Assembly (NCBI GenBank): GCA_950097015.1
Contig: CATNEN010000007.1
Span: 8,804,001 to 8,868,000, forward strand
Length of the DNA: 64,000 nucleotides
DNA from: Macrostomum hystrix
Taxonomy: Eukaryota > Animalia > Platyhelminthes
Direction: 5' to 3'
A program made the translations under genes and the position numbers. This document shows positions 11,390 to 23,400 of this stretch, piece by piece. The number at the start of each line of letters is the position of its first letter. The first letter of the stretch is position 1. The notes under the pieces are model-generated. The model did no database searches, was not told the origin of the DNA, and saw only the letters and a program-made list of their open reading frames with translations.

Positions 11390-12915
11390 GGCGGCTTGAG
11401 TCTTTGTTAATTTGCTGAAGCTGTCAGCAATCTGATGTAACACCAAAACAGATGCGAACATGCAAGAACAAAAACTGCCTGAAGTACATTTCACAACAAT
11501 ATAACTCTCGGATCGTCTTTGCATGCCTTTACACCTCTTTGCGGGATGAAAATGCCTGTCAGCTGTCCCCACAATCGAAACTGATCTTTCTCTCAGTCTC
11601 TAGGTCCGTTCCGCTTGTGGATAAATGGACCAAGTCTCGGCAAGCCACAAACTTTTCAGAACAGTCAGCATAATTCGATGCGGTAGTCATTTCAGTTCAG
11701 TCAATTTTTAATCCTCTGAATGCTCAGTTTCTTCTTTGGATCTCCTTGGATCTTTGGATTTGGTTCTTCTTTGCCACTTGGGAGCAAGGCTATTGCTTGA
11801 GAGCAATGGGATTAAACTGCACCACTGTCTGTTACTTTTACAACCGCACACTTGAGATTGTTATAAGCCGCGTTTCGTATTACCTAAGCAATGACACGAA
11901 AGGCGGAAAGAGCGATGTTCAGAGAGATTTCAGAAAGTGTGCCACGAGATTTCGCTAAATATTTTTTTTTCTACGGGCTTCACAAAATATCGAGGCAAAT
12001 TATAGGATTGCTTTGCTTCATATAGGCTTGCATGCATTCATCCATTTTTAACGTAATTCAGTCAGGCTTAGCAAAAGTATGTTTTGCGTACATTTGTCTA
12101 ACGCAAAACTGCTTCCAATCTTTAGCATATAGCAATACATTTTCCTGCTGGAAGTTAACATCCCATCTGAGAAGTTAAGAGAGATATTCGGGGAATTACT
12201 AACCCTGATGTGTGGACGGCTCAAAATTTCGTGAGGAGCCAGAGCGCGCGTCCTTTGTATGCCAATGAGGGATGCAATGGGAGTTTTCTCATAGTTTGAG
12301 ACATGTTTCTAAGGCCGACACCAGTGTTAGAGAAGCAACTCTGAAGTATATGGAGCTGCAGGATGTAAACAGCAACTGATTCGCAATAACTGTGCTTGTT
12401 TGGGACAAGACACATCGGGCCAGAACCTCTCACCTTCCCGCAGCGTACGCCAGCAATTGAGTAGCCCTGAGCAACAAATGCCAGGCCTGCAGGTGCAGAT
12501 GCGACCCAAATTAGGCCTCTGAACTCAGAATCCTCCGAGGGGGAGCCGGACCACTGTTCAAACATATCCTCCAGTTTCTGACTGTTGTCTAGCCCGTGTT
12601 CAACATTCAACATTTTTTAACATTCAGACTCGTAAGTGGTTATTTGCTGAGGCGAACCTGACAAAATAGCAGCTTAAAACTTTCAAGACCGTTTCTTTTC
12701 AGCAGATGTGACTGCAATTATGATGATGTGAAATATTTTCGTTATTATATCATTGAGGCTGCAGCATCTCGAAATGAAGCACCTGTTTCACCTCGTCTAG
12801 TGTCTACATGTCAACTGTGTCTATGTGTCTGTTGCAGTCAAGAGAAAGCTTTTAGTTCCTGAGCTTTTTTTGCTACAAAACTCCTGAATGCTCTAGACAG
12901 AATATAAGCTAGCGA

Positions 12916-13130
12916 CAACTCCATCTGGCTGGGAAGTCCGGAAGCAGCTCTCCTTCTGTCGGCTGGTACTGGGTGGGCTGCAACATCCCCGTGAACAAAA
13001 GTAGCTTTTGGGTCGTTTATGAGCGGATGATGGTCATTCGGGTGGGATCGAAAACTCTGACGAGGATGTACTCGGTCGATATTTGCAATTTATCAAGCTC
13101 ACAGACCTGACAGCCATTTTTTGCTAAAAC
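12916..13130 (+). pseudogene. C-type lectin 3' fragment, duplicate of 8132-8345
   Basis: Nearly identical to 8132-8345. Confidence 0.8.
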
Positions 13131-13354
13131 TGCTCGACGGCATCCGAGTTTTTGTTTCGATGAGACACTGAAAGAAATACGGGCCATGATAAACCAAAAT
13201 AACTTTTTTATCAGTAAAGATGCTTAATCATATTTTTCTTTAAAGCGTTTCGTAAATGTTGGGCTGAGTAGTGAGTACAGAAGAATATATAGTAGTAATT
13301 TTTGCAGGAGGATTGCACTAGTACATCATTTTGCGATTCAAGAATGACAGCCAG

Positions 13355-13603
13355 CTAAAGGCAATCTCTGCCCATTTCACTGACTCCTGAACACACACGC
13401 ACACAAATACTGTAGGCAGGCACACAGGCACACGGGTGTGTACATCTGCCCTGACTTTCTCATCGTCAAGGAGATTGACTCTCATATGCGTGAATTGCAC
13501 GACAAGCCCCCAAGCCCCAAAAGAATGTGGCCTGTGGAATCGAGCGCAGGGACCTTGGCACGAGGCCAACGCCTTAGACCGCTCCGCCACTTACCCCCCC
13601 CCC
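13355..13603 (-). mobile_element. tRNA-derived SINE family A (unexpanded paralog)
   Basis: Same head and body as 8570-9255, with a single 29-bp unit. Confidence 0.7.
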
Positions 13604-14967
13604 GAGTAAAATTATTGTTTATTTTATATTTTCGATTGTGCATTTTTGGAGTAGCTTCTTTTTGTTGCGATACACAATTTGCGACGCATTAATTTGTCAA
13701 AAGTCAGCAGAGCTTCATTGAGGGTGAATCTGCTTTCTTGCTGGTGGATGAAAGGACATCTTAAACTCTTGCCATGTGAAAGAGCTCCCAGCCGGGCTAA
13801 GGATTAGCGAAGCAAGACTTCTCAAAGCACATACGGAGTTAGTTAAGAAGTAGAAAATAACAGCAGGGGGTAAAATCATCGGGTCGGAGCTGTGCACTGA
13901 CGCTTGCTTCTACGGCAGCAGCCTGGGTGTCGTAGAACGAAGATCGCGTGGCTTGCTGGTCGTTTGTGGCGGGGTGGAATTTTTGCATTATTTTTTATCA
14001 CATTTTGAGTTTGTGGCGCACGAACTTGATTCTGTCTGAATTTGCCCTCGCGCGATACGCCTCGTCTGTCCTGGTCATTTTCCGTGTTTGGTATGCGCGA
14101 AATTGCTTCCAGTACGCTCGCATAGCTTCATTTTAGCAATGGAAGTTTTAACTGCAAGTTTGAATGGAATTTGAAGGAATTCTCGCTGTTGTTTTCTAAC
14201 TATTGCAAACGCCTGTAGCAAGCGAAGACACCACAAAGATTGGAGAAATATTATACCACACCAGCAATGATATGACGGACTTACAACTAGTTCCGGCCTT
14301 CTTTACAAGGAAATTTCTTTATGTCAACAGCTGGTGTACTTCTATTGCCTGTCTGCAGATCGTGTCCTATCGCTTGCTAAAGAAGTCATGCTTCACAAGT
14401 GTGATAAGCATTTGGTTGCTGCTGACTACTGACAGTAGCTGCGACAACACAAATCAAGTTTCAAATTTTTTGCAAAAATATTGTGGGCAAGCGCTTGCAC
14501 CGGCTCGGGAACGAATGCTGAAAAAAACAGGAGCCTGAAGTTCTATTATTCATCAATGTGATAAAGACTTACAACAATCAGATGTATTTTACTCGTACGA
14601 AAAGCCAATTGTGAAAAGTATTTCCAATTAAAAATTCCGACGCTTGCTACGAGAATTTTCTCCCAGTTAGCCGAATTTCATGCGCTCTGAAAATGGTGAC
14701 CGTATATAGACTAAATTAGCTCGCGAAAGCCTTATCTGGTTAGTAACGTTTTCATACCTTAGAAGGCCTTAATAGCTGAGCATTGCACAAAACCGGCTGA
14801 AAAACGAAACAAAAAATGTTCCAGAATTTTTCTCGCAGCCAATGGAGAAGCGCCATCGATTCCACGGAAATTATTTTACGACGGGACACTGGAAAGGCAG
14901 TTGTCAACAAAGGTCTGCCTCGTCTCTATTAAAATATTTCCTTAGATAGGACAATGCGACAGAAGCC

Positions 14968-15738
14968 ATGCGCTGCACTGCGATTCTGCTCGCCGTAGCG
15001 GCCTCAGCGCTGGTTGCTGCGGCTGCTGCCCAATGCAACACTCGGTTTACCCTCGTCAACGGCTCGCTGTGCATCACCAGCCCATTCAGCCTGACATTCA
15101 ACAGCGTGACATCGCAGCAGCAGTGCGCCATCATGTGCGGACTGAGGCCGCAGTGCCAGGCCTTCAGCCTGTCCGACGGTCCTTGCCAGCTGTTTGTGTT
15201 CAACAAATGCAGCAAGTCTGTGAGGGACTGCGACTGTACCAGACGAGGCCGGGTGTTCGTGAGGCAGCAGCCGGGACTGTCACCGGGTCTGCTGTGTCCG
15301 GTGGGATACGGAGATGACTGGTGCGGAGTGAAGTACAGGGTCTTCAGCACGACTGACAGCTCGTGGATGACGAGTCGACAGAAGTGCGACAACGAGAGCG
15401 GTCTGGTGGTCATGGCGGACGTGACGAGCTCGACAGAGATGAACCACGTGGAGTCGATTTGGTCACTGAGAGCCAGCGGCAGCTCCATGTGGCTGGGAGG
15501 CTTCCAGGCTCCCGGAAGCAGCTCTCCCTCTGTCGGCTGGTACTGGGTGGGCTGCAACATCCCCGTGAACAGTAGTCTGTGGTCGAGCGGTGAGCCGAAC
15601 GACGGCGGTGACAACATCGAGAATTCGGAGGAAGATGCAATCGCACGATACTCAGGCCTTCAAAACATTAATGACTTGCCGAAAGTTTCCGATGGTGCGT
15701 CCAAGCTGCTGTGCGAGTGCGTGTCTCCTTTTAGCTAA
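14968..15738 (+). CDS. Secreted PAN + C-type lectin, copy 3 (divergent C-terminus)
   Basis: Almost identical to copy 2 up to ...NIPVNSS, then LWSSGEPND...EEDAIARYSGLQNINDLPKVSDG. Confidence 0.85.
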   Translation: MRCTAILLAVAASALVAAAAAQCNTRFTLVNGSLCITSPFSLTFNSVTSQQQCAIMCGLRPQCQAFSLSDGPCQLFVFNKCSKSVRDCDCTRRGRVFVRQQPGLSPGLLCPVGYGDDWCGVKYRVFSTTDSSWMTSRQKCDNESGLVVMADVTSSTEMNHVESIWSLRASGSSMWLGGFQAPGSSSPSVGWYWVGCNIPVNSSLWSSGEPNDGGDNIENSEEDAIARYSGLQNINDLPKVSDGASKLLCECVSPFS

Positions 15739-16054
15739 GTTTTTAGGCACTTTATTAAGTTGCTTTAAAATTACGCAGTTGTAAAACTCGACATAATTTA
15801 AAAAGAAACCACTTTATTAAGTAAGCAATAAATTACAACAATTGGGTGTCGAAACAGAGCCTGTGGTGACTGGTTTTGCTTTAAATGCTAATTATGATTA
15901 TTCAGCGGCGTTTATTAATGCTATAAGTTGTATTTGTTGATACATTTTGTGAAAATTTTGCAACGCGATCGATGTGTCTGCAACGGTAGGAATGTCATCT
16001 AGAAATATGTCACTAGTGCACTCAGAACAGTATGATGTTTGCCAGCCCTGTATC

Positions 16055-16180
16055 TTACATACAAGCTTGCATACAAGCTTACAGACATACAAGCTTACAG
16101 ACATGCAAGCTTACAGACATGCAAGCTTACAGACATACAAGCTTACAGACATAAAAGCTTACAGACATACAAGCTTAAAT
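16055..16180. repeat. 16-bp minisatellite (ACAAGCTTACAGACAT)
   Basis: About seven tandem copies. Confidence 0.9.
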
Positions 16181-16224
16181 GCTTGAATATTTTCAAGTCA
16201 CTTTGTGTTGATTTGATTTGATTA

Positions 16225-16500
16225 CACCTGACCTAATTGTGCCAAATGTGCAGCCGACAGCACAGCCGCAGCTATTGCGCAGCGCATCTGAAGGCTGCGT
16301 ACAGCTGTTCAGTCCATGGACTAGGGGACGCCACACCCACCCTCAATTACCCCAGCTAATGCCGGCACCCATTTAACAGCTGGGTAACTGGAGCTTTGGT
16401 CAATGAGTTAGGTGTCTTGCTTAAGGACACAAAATTCGAGAATCGAACCCCCGACCTTCAAGTCGTGAGTCCGACGCTCTAACCACAAGTCTATAACCTC
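16225..16500 (-). mobile_element. tRNA-derived CORE-like SINE family B
   Basis: Minus strand: TGTGGTTAGAGCGTCGGACTCACGACTTGAAGGTCGGGGGTTCGATTCTC, then GTGTCCTTAAGCAAGACACCTAACTC...CCCAGCTGTTAAATGGG, resembling the MIR CORE domain. Four copies in the window. Confidence 0.75.
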
Positions 16501-17899
16501 CTTAATTAATCTTAATAACTTAATTCTTATTAAATAAATATTTAACAATACTGGACAAAATATTTTTTAGCCTCTACAATAAAAACCCTTTTCGGTGCCT
16601 GGTTGCAACAATTTGCTAATTCTCGTAGTTTCGAGGTACAAGCATGCCAAGCTAATTTGCCTTCGTTGCTTCCCGTGAGTTTTTTGCCAACAATATCCAT
16701 CAAGCTGGTTTCTAATGGCTTCACAGAAATTGAAGCAAACAATAGGATTTGAATGCTTCACATAGGCATCCCTTGCATCTCTATCACCCATCCAGCCACT
16801 CCATAGCAGCTTTATTTAAATTGTCTGATCCAAAACTGCTGAAAGCTTTGGCATAAATAAGAAATGTTCTTGTGAGAAACCATTTAATGAAGTGCTCTCC
16901 ACTGCAGCTAGCAACTTTTTTCTTTCTCAATCGATGCCCAGCATTCACTGTGGACCTTCTATACGGAGAACAATGCGCTCTGGAATGGAGTGCTTTTGTA
17001 TTTTCTACTCTTTTCCAGGAATCGCAAAGCCTGAAGCGCGCGGACGGCTCAGAATAAGGAGGCTTTGGTGGACGCGGCGCTCGTATTGTCTGTCACATTT
17101 TTTGAATGCCAACGCGACTGTTACAGGCGCAACTCGGGAGTATCTGGAGCTGTTGATGTGCTTGGATGTGGGCAAAGACACACCAAAGTCAGGTGCAGAT
17201 GCGACCCAAATTAGGCCTCCGAACTCAGAATCCTTGGAGGCAGAGCCGGACTACTGTTCAAACAGACTTTCCAGTCCGCGGCAGAGGCTGTGACTGCCCC
17301 GCAGCTGTTGGAGACTACTCATAGTAGTCTAACCCGTGTTTAACTGTTTTTTAACATCGAGACTAGGAGCTGGCTGGGATCAACCTGCTTAAAAGACACC
17401 TGAAAGGACTGTTTATAGTTTATTGGGAAATGTAATTTTTTTAAAGCCAAGCAAACAGAAAAGTGAAATTATTCGCATTTTTATAAATAATCTGACAACA
17501 ATTTTTTTGTGCAACTTCGCAATGTTAGTGAGTTTTTCTTTTCATGAAAATATCTTAGCTGGATGCTTGTCCCTGTTGGCTCAGTTCTGTCGGCAGATCA
17601 TTGGCAGTGCTAGCAAAAAACACAGTTGGTTGGATCTTCCGCACCACACGTTCGCTTTCTCATGTTTGTATCAGGTATGCTAGATATTTAGAATGGCTTA
17701 ACTGAGCGAAGTATGGCTCGCGAGGGACAAGTGATAGGCACAATGTCTTCAAGTAGAAATTTAAAAATGTATTCTCCACAATGTTTTGAAGGCCTTGCAG
17801 GAAGTAACTTTATTTCTTAAGTTTGACGTCATGTTTCTGTGAACGCAAATTTGTGCATCTCCGCTGACGCTCAGTGGGGCTTTCAGTGATGCCTTTCGA

Positions 17900-19314
17900 T
17901 CACGACGCCGCACTCGGCGCGGGCGCCAGGGCCTGGCCGAGGCCCGGCAGCAGCTCGACCTGCAGGGGTTCGCAGGGCACAGTCTCGCCGTCGATGCAGA
18001 CGGGGCCGCCTGCGTCCAGTGGCTCCAAACGGAAGGCGCGCACCGCCTGGCAGTGAAACGCCGGCGAGCGAAAATGGCCGCCGTCGCCGACGCTGAGGAA
18101 CATGCGCAGCAGGTCGGCCTTGGAGACGCCGGAGGCCACCCAGGTCAGGTACATTCTGCCGTCATTTGGTCGGCAGGGCGGCACATAGAAATTATCTGTG
18201 GCCAGGTGCGAGTGCAGACTGGCCAGCAGCAGCAGGTAGTCTGCCTCCTGGCTAACCCAACCAGCATTGCTAGGCAACGGATCCGCCAGGCTGGCAGGCA
18301 GGTAACGCTTCAGAGTGGCAAGCGGCTTCTCCTCATTGTCCTCCTGTTGGACTGCATCTGCGCCGGAGGTGACAGCGGCTTCCGCAGCTTCAGCAACTTC
18401 GGTTGGCAGGTAGGAGAGCCTGCAGGAAAAAGTGGAAAGTGGAAAGATAACCTGCTTTTTAATGAGCTCAGACATCTGTCACACCTGACAGCAAGAGGAG
18501 AGGAGAGGAGAGGAGAGGAGGAGAGGAGAGGAGAGGAGAGGAGAGGAGGAGAGGAGAGGAGAGGAGAGGAGAGGAGAGGAGAGGAGAGGAGAGGAGGAGA
18601 GGAGAGGAGAGGAGAGGAGAGGAGAGGAGAGGAGGAGAGGAGAGGAGAGGAGAGGAGAGGAGAGAAGAGGAGAGGAGAGGAGAGGAGAGGAGAGGAGAGG
18701 AGAGGTTCTGAAAGCTTCTTTTTGCACCTGACTCGGAAAGTTTGCAATCCTCGGGGCGCAGCCAGCCGGATGCCGAAGGCCAGCGCGAATCGAGCACCGC
18801 CGAGGAAGCGGTACCGCTCGCTCTCCAGATCCACCTGCGCCAGCAGGCCGTAATTCACGGACAGGCAGGCCAGGCAGCGGCCACCTGAGCCGTACTCCAC
18901 CAGCGCCAGGTCCAGTGGGCGTGGCCGCGACTTCGCCAAGTTGAAGGCTGCCGTGGCAACAAAATCTCGGTCTAGACAGTCACCATTGGCGTGCGCTAGC
19001 GAGGCGGCCACGGCGTTGCCGCCGCCGGCGGGCAGGACGCCGAACGGCAGCCGACGCAGCATCTGGCGCCAGTCTGGCCGGTCGGCGAGGCCGTTCAGTG
19101 CTTCGTACAGCAGGCCGTCCCCGCTGACGATGACGATGCCTGAGTAGCCGGACAGCTCCTCGGCCGAGGCGTCGCGCAGCAGCCGGGTTGCGTGGCCGGC
19201 GCACTCGGTGCGAACCAGCCGGTGCGGCAGGCCGGCCTCCTGCAGCAGGGGCGCCGCCTTGTCGCGGAACAGCTGGTCCGCTCGCCCTTGCCCGCTGCGC
19301 GGATTCAGCAGCAC
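17900..19314 (-). CDS. SPHK: Sphingosine kinase, exons 2-3 (18728-19314 and 17900-18419)
   Basis: VLLNPRSGQG, SGDGLLYEALNGL, LPAGGGNAVA, VDLESERYRFLGGARF, RLSYLP, AFRLEP, IDGE. The phase-2 intron 18420-18727 has GT/AG ends. Confidence 0.92.
18495..18705. repeat. (GGAGA)n purine microsatellite in SPHK intron 2
   Basis: Long GAGAG/GAG run. Confidence 0.95.
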
Positions 19315-19429
19315 CTGGCGGCGGAGTCGAAAGAATTACTCAATTGGCTCCGTCATGGCCATCCAGTGCAAACGCTAAATGTATGAGGACAAAGACCGTC
19401 AGCTGTTCCTCGTATTATTTCTATCAATA

Positions 19430-19635
19430 GGTTGAGTTGAGCAGCGGTAACGACTCTCGTACCAAGGTCCATTAGCTCAAATCCACGACCAGGCCACATT
19501 AATTTCAGGCGCAGTCGCAGACAAAAGCCTTATGGTTTCCCATGCAAAATGTGTGAGTGTGTGACTGTATGCTCATCCATGTAAGTGTGTGTGCTCACGG
19601 GTCAGCGAAATTGCCAGAATTTCCTCCTCACAGAT
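19430..19635 (+). mobile_element. SINE family A, degenerate copy
   Basis: CCAAGGTCC..GCTCAAATCCAC..GGCCACATT..GTGTGTGCTCACGGGTCAGCGAAATTGCCAGAATT matches the reverse complement of the other family A copies. Confidence 0.55.
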
Positions 19636-20061
19636 TGCGGGTCGACTATCGCCTATTGAGAATGCTCACAGTCCCTTGCGAGTAAGTAGTATGCAAGAGG
19701 GGCTATCTGGGACAAACGTTTACGCAGTCGCCATAACCTAATGAAGCGCACGAAGCAGATCTGCTGTTTCTCCCCAATGACTCAGGCTACAAGTATGCGC
19801 TCACAGTTACAGACATTGCCTCCAGATACAAAGAAGCGAGACCACTTAAGACTAATCTAGTCAGATGCAGTTGCAGCTGCCCTCCGAGACATTTACAAAA
19901 ACTCTTCGCTCACATATCCCCAAACCTTTATGACTGATCCCGGCAAAGAATTCATGGAGGCAGTTAAAATCTTGATGGAAAAAAACAATACGAAAATACG
20001 CTACGGAAGAACTGAGCTCCACAGAGACCAGGCTGTTGTTTGAAAGATTCGATCTATCTTT

Positions 20062-20381
20062 AGCCATTATATTTGCAGAGCCATTATATTTGCAGAGCCA
20101 TTATATTTGCAGAGCCATTATATTTGCAGAGCCATTATATTTGCAGAGCCATTATATTTGCAGAGCCATTATATTTGCAGAGCCATTATATTTGCAGAGC
20201 CATTATATTTGCAGAGCCATTATATTTGCAGAGCCATTATATTTGCAGAGCCATTATATTTGCAGAGCCATTATATTTGCAGAGCCATTATATTTGCAGA
20301 GCCATTATATTTGCAGAGCCATTATATTTGCAGAGCCATTATATTTGCAGAGCCATTATATTTGCAGAGCCATTATATTTG
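20062..20381. repeat. 17-bp tandem array (AGCCATTATATTTGCAG) x~19 at the 5' end of the LINE
   Basis: Perfect tandem copies lying inside the TSD. Confidence 0.95.
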
Positions 20382-20441
20382 CACATCTGTGCAAATAGTG
20401 TCGACACCTCCTGGCATCGTGGTCAGCCTATCAGGCCGCGG

Positions 20442-23400
20442 ATGACCTCGGTTGGCTCGGACGGCCGCGCCTCGGCTGCGGCAGCCAAGATCGGCACATC
20501 AGGGACGAGCAGAGGACAGCGCAGCGCACGCCGTCGCACTGAGCGGCGACGTGAGCGCAACCGGCGTGGGCGACTTCGCGGTGCTTCAAGACGCCAGTTG
20601 CCCCCGGTCTCTGCCGCTTCTGAATCGGATCCGCCGGGTGGCGCCGGGGACCGTGAGGCCCAACGTCATCGGGCCCTAGCCGTACCAGGTGGTCGCCTCA
20701 GGCTCGGCACGCTGAACTGCCGGACCCTGAAGGCCCCCTGGCGTCGCACTCTGCTCGTCCAGCTGGCCCACGACCTACAGCTGGACCTCATAATGCTGCA
20801 GGAGGTCTCTATTGTGGCGGAGCCAGGCCTTCAAAATGAGGACCTTGGAGCCGGATGGAGCCTCTTGTACACGTCGGCAGACGGCCGCGGGCGTGGCGGC
20901 GTCGGCGTGCTGATCGGACCGCGCCTTCGGCAGAGCGTGCACTGCGCCCCACTCTCCCCGCGTCTGCTGCGGGTTGACCTGCGCCTGCGCGCTCGCTGCA
21001 TTCGGCTCTTCTGCGCGTACGCCCCTACGGCTGCCCACCCGGATGAAGCTCTCGCCTTTTTCGAGTTTCTGGCCGGACAGCTGGAAGAGATGCCAAACCG
21101 CGACACGCTGGTGGTGCTCGGAGACCTAAACGCAGTTCCACGTAGGTCCGAACGATCGCCTTTCGTTACGGGACGCGAGAACGCCAACACGGATGCGCTG
21201 GAGGACCTACTAGAACGGCTGGACCTGATGTCAATTAACACCCGTTTCCGCAAGCCACCGGCCCGCCTGGTCACCTTCGCGGGCTGCAAGAGGAGACGAC
21301 GGAACGCGCGAGGACGGAATGCCACGAGGCGGCTGGCGCAACTCGATCATGTGCTGGTCCGCGCTCGCGAGCACCGCCGCGTCATCAACTGCGACACCAT
21401 GGCTCCGCTGGCTCTCCGGTCTGACCACCGACTCCTGCTCTGCGACCTGCGGCTCAACGACCCGCTCTACCGACCCCCGAAGCAGCGGCCACGGCGCTAC
21501 TATCGTGCCTTGTTGGACCCCCGCGTAAAGTACCAATTCGCGGGCGCCTTCGCTGGCGCGCTTGGAAACCAGCGCGAAGCGGAGTACGCCGACATCAGCA
21601 CTGCCGTGAGAACTGCAGCTGAGAAGACGGTCCCGCTGATGCGACCGGCGGAGCGGACGCAGCCAGTCTGGCAGAGCGATCCAACGATCAGGCAGGCGCG
21701 GCTAAAGATCGAGCGACTCCGAAGATCCCGACGGCCCACTGGTGACGCCGAGGAGGCGCTCGCGCGTCTTCTGGACACGCGGCAGCAGGCCGCAGTCGAC
21801 GACGCCATCCAGTCCATCACAGCAGCTGGCCCCGACGTTAGGAGCCGCGCAGTGTGGACGGCCGTTCGGACCCTTACGGGGCGCAAGAGGCGTGTGGCGC
21901 TAAATCTGGCCGGCGACACTCCGGAGGAGCGCAGGAATGAATTGCGCGACTTCTTCGCCGGCATTGTGAATGCGCCCTCGCCCCCGCTGCCAGCCAATTT
22001 CGCACTGCCGACGGACACGACCCTGCCAGCTGAGGAGGATTTTCGCACCAGCCCAGTCACTGTGGAGGATGTTGTACGGTTCGCTCGGAGAACATCTGGC
22101 GGCAAGGCGCTCGGCCCCGACGAGGTTCCGGTCGAGCCGCTGCGGCTCCGCTGTGTGGCTTCCCAAGTCACAAGCGCCATGAACCGCGTGCTCGCCGGCG
22201 CCCCTGCGCCCACCGAGTGGACCGTAGCACACATCGTGCCGATCCCGAAGAAAGCCGGGACAACGCGGAAAGAAGATCACCGCGGGATCTCGCTTATGTC
22301 CTGCACCGCAAAGCTTTTCAACCGACTGCTTCTCGATCGCCTGCAGTCGGTGCTGGACCCGTACCTCCGTTACGAGCAGAACGGGTTCCGGCCACAGCGC
22401 GGTACAGTAACCCAGATCCTCGCACTCCGCCGTGTCATCGAGGAGGCGCGCATCCGCCAGTCAACGCTGATCGTCGTGTTTGTCGACTTCCGCAAGGCGT
22501 TTGACTCGGTGTCGAGGGCCGCGCTTCCACTAGTCCTTCGTGCCTACCGGGTCCCAGAGCAGCTAGTCGCCGCTGTCATGTCGCTGTATCGCGACACGCG
22601 CGCTGCTGTTGTTACGGCGGACGGCCTGTCCGACCTGTTTGCCACCTCGTCAGGAGTGCTGCAGGGCGACACGCTGGCCCCGTTCCTCTTCGTGCTTCTC
22701 CTGGACTGGGTGCTTCGGACTGCGCTCCCCTCGGCTGAAGACGGCTTCCTGCTACGCAGACGCATCGGTCGCCGCCACGATGAGAAGCGCCTCAGTGTGC
22801 TTGGCTACGCCGACGACCTCGCCCTCCTGTCCTCGACTGTCGAAGGTGCCCAGCGCCAGATTGACAGGTTGGCTGAGGTGGCATCAAGCGTCGGCCTAGT
22901 GATCAACACGCTTAAGACCGAGGTGCTGACCGTGCCGGCCGACATCCCAGCGGACCTGACGTGCCGCGGCGCAGACGGGCAGATCATCTCGCTCGCACGC
23001 TGCCAGCGCTTCACTTACCTCGGCGGTCAGGTGCCCAACGTGGAAGACGACATCCGGCGGCGCAGAGGACTCGCATGGGCGGCCTACCGTTCGATCCGGG
23101 CCGTCCTCCAGTCCACAGCGCTGCCTGACCGCCAGAGGGCTCGGCTGTGGCAGGCGGTGATCGAGACCGTCCTGCTGTACAACGCCGAGTCGTGGACGCT
23201 GACGGCTACGCTGGAGCGGCAGCTGGACTCGGCGCACTCGGGGCTGCTCCGTGCGGCCTTTCAAGCTGACGAGAGCGTCGGGACGGAGGCTCTGTACGAG
23301 AGAGCTCAGCTGCAACGCCCGTCCACCATCCTGCGCCAGCGACGACTTCGACTAGCGGGCCACGTCATTCGGGCCGAAAGCTACTGCCGCCAGCCCGCCC

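Larger units (their letters stand above)
5829..15575. repeat. Near-identical tandem segmental duplication (periods 4784 and 4349 bp)
   Basis: Sequence from 5829 recurs at 10613, and sequence from about 9080 recurs at about 13430. The ORF track shows duplicated ORFs at these offsets. Confidence 0.93.

Noticed and set aside
16430-16500. tRNA genes at the SINE heads (also 36870, 59800, 9190)
   Set aside because: Each continues into a shared SINE body, and no clean cloverleaf or terminator is evident.
20073-20441. N-terminal 123 aa of the 1160-aa ORF
   Set aside because: Starts at TTG within the 17-bp array; the first ATG is at 20442.
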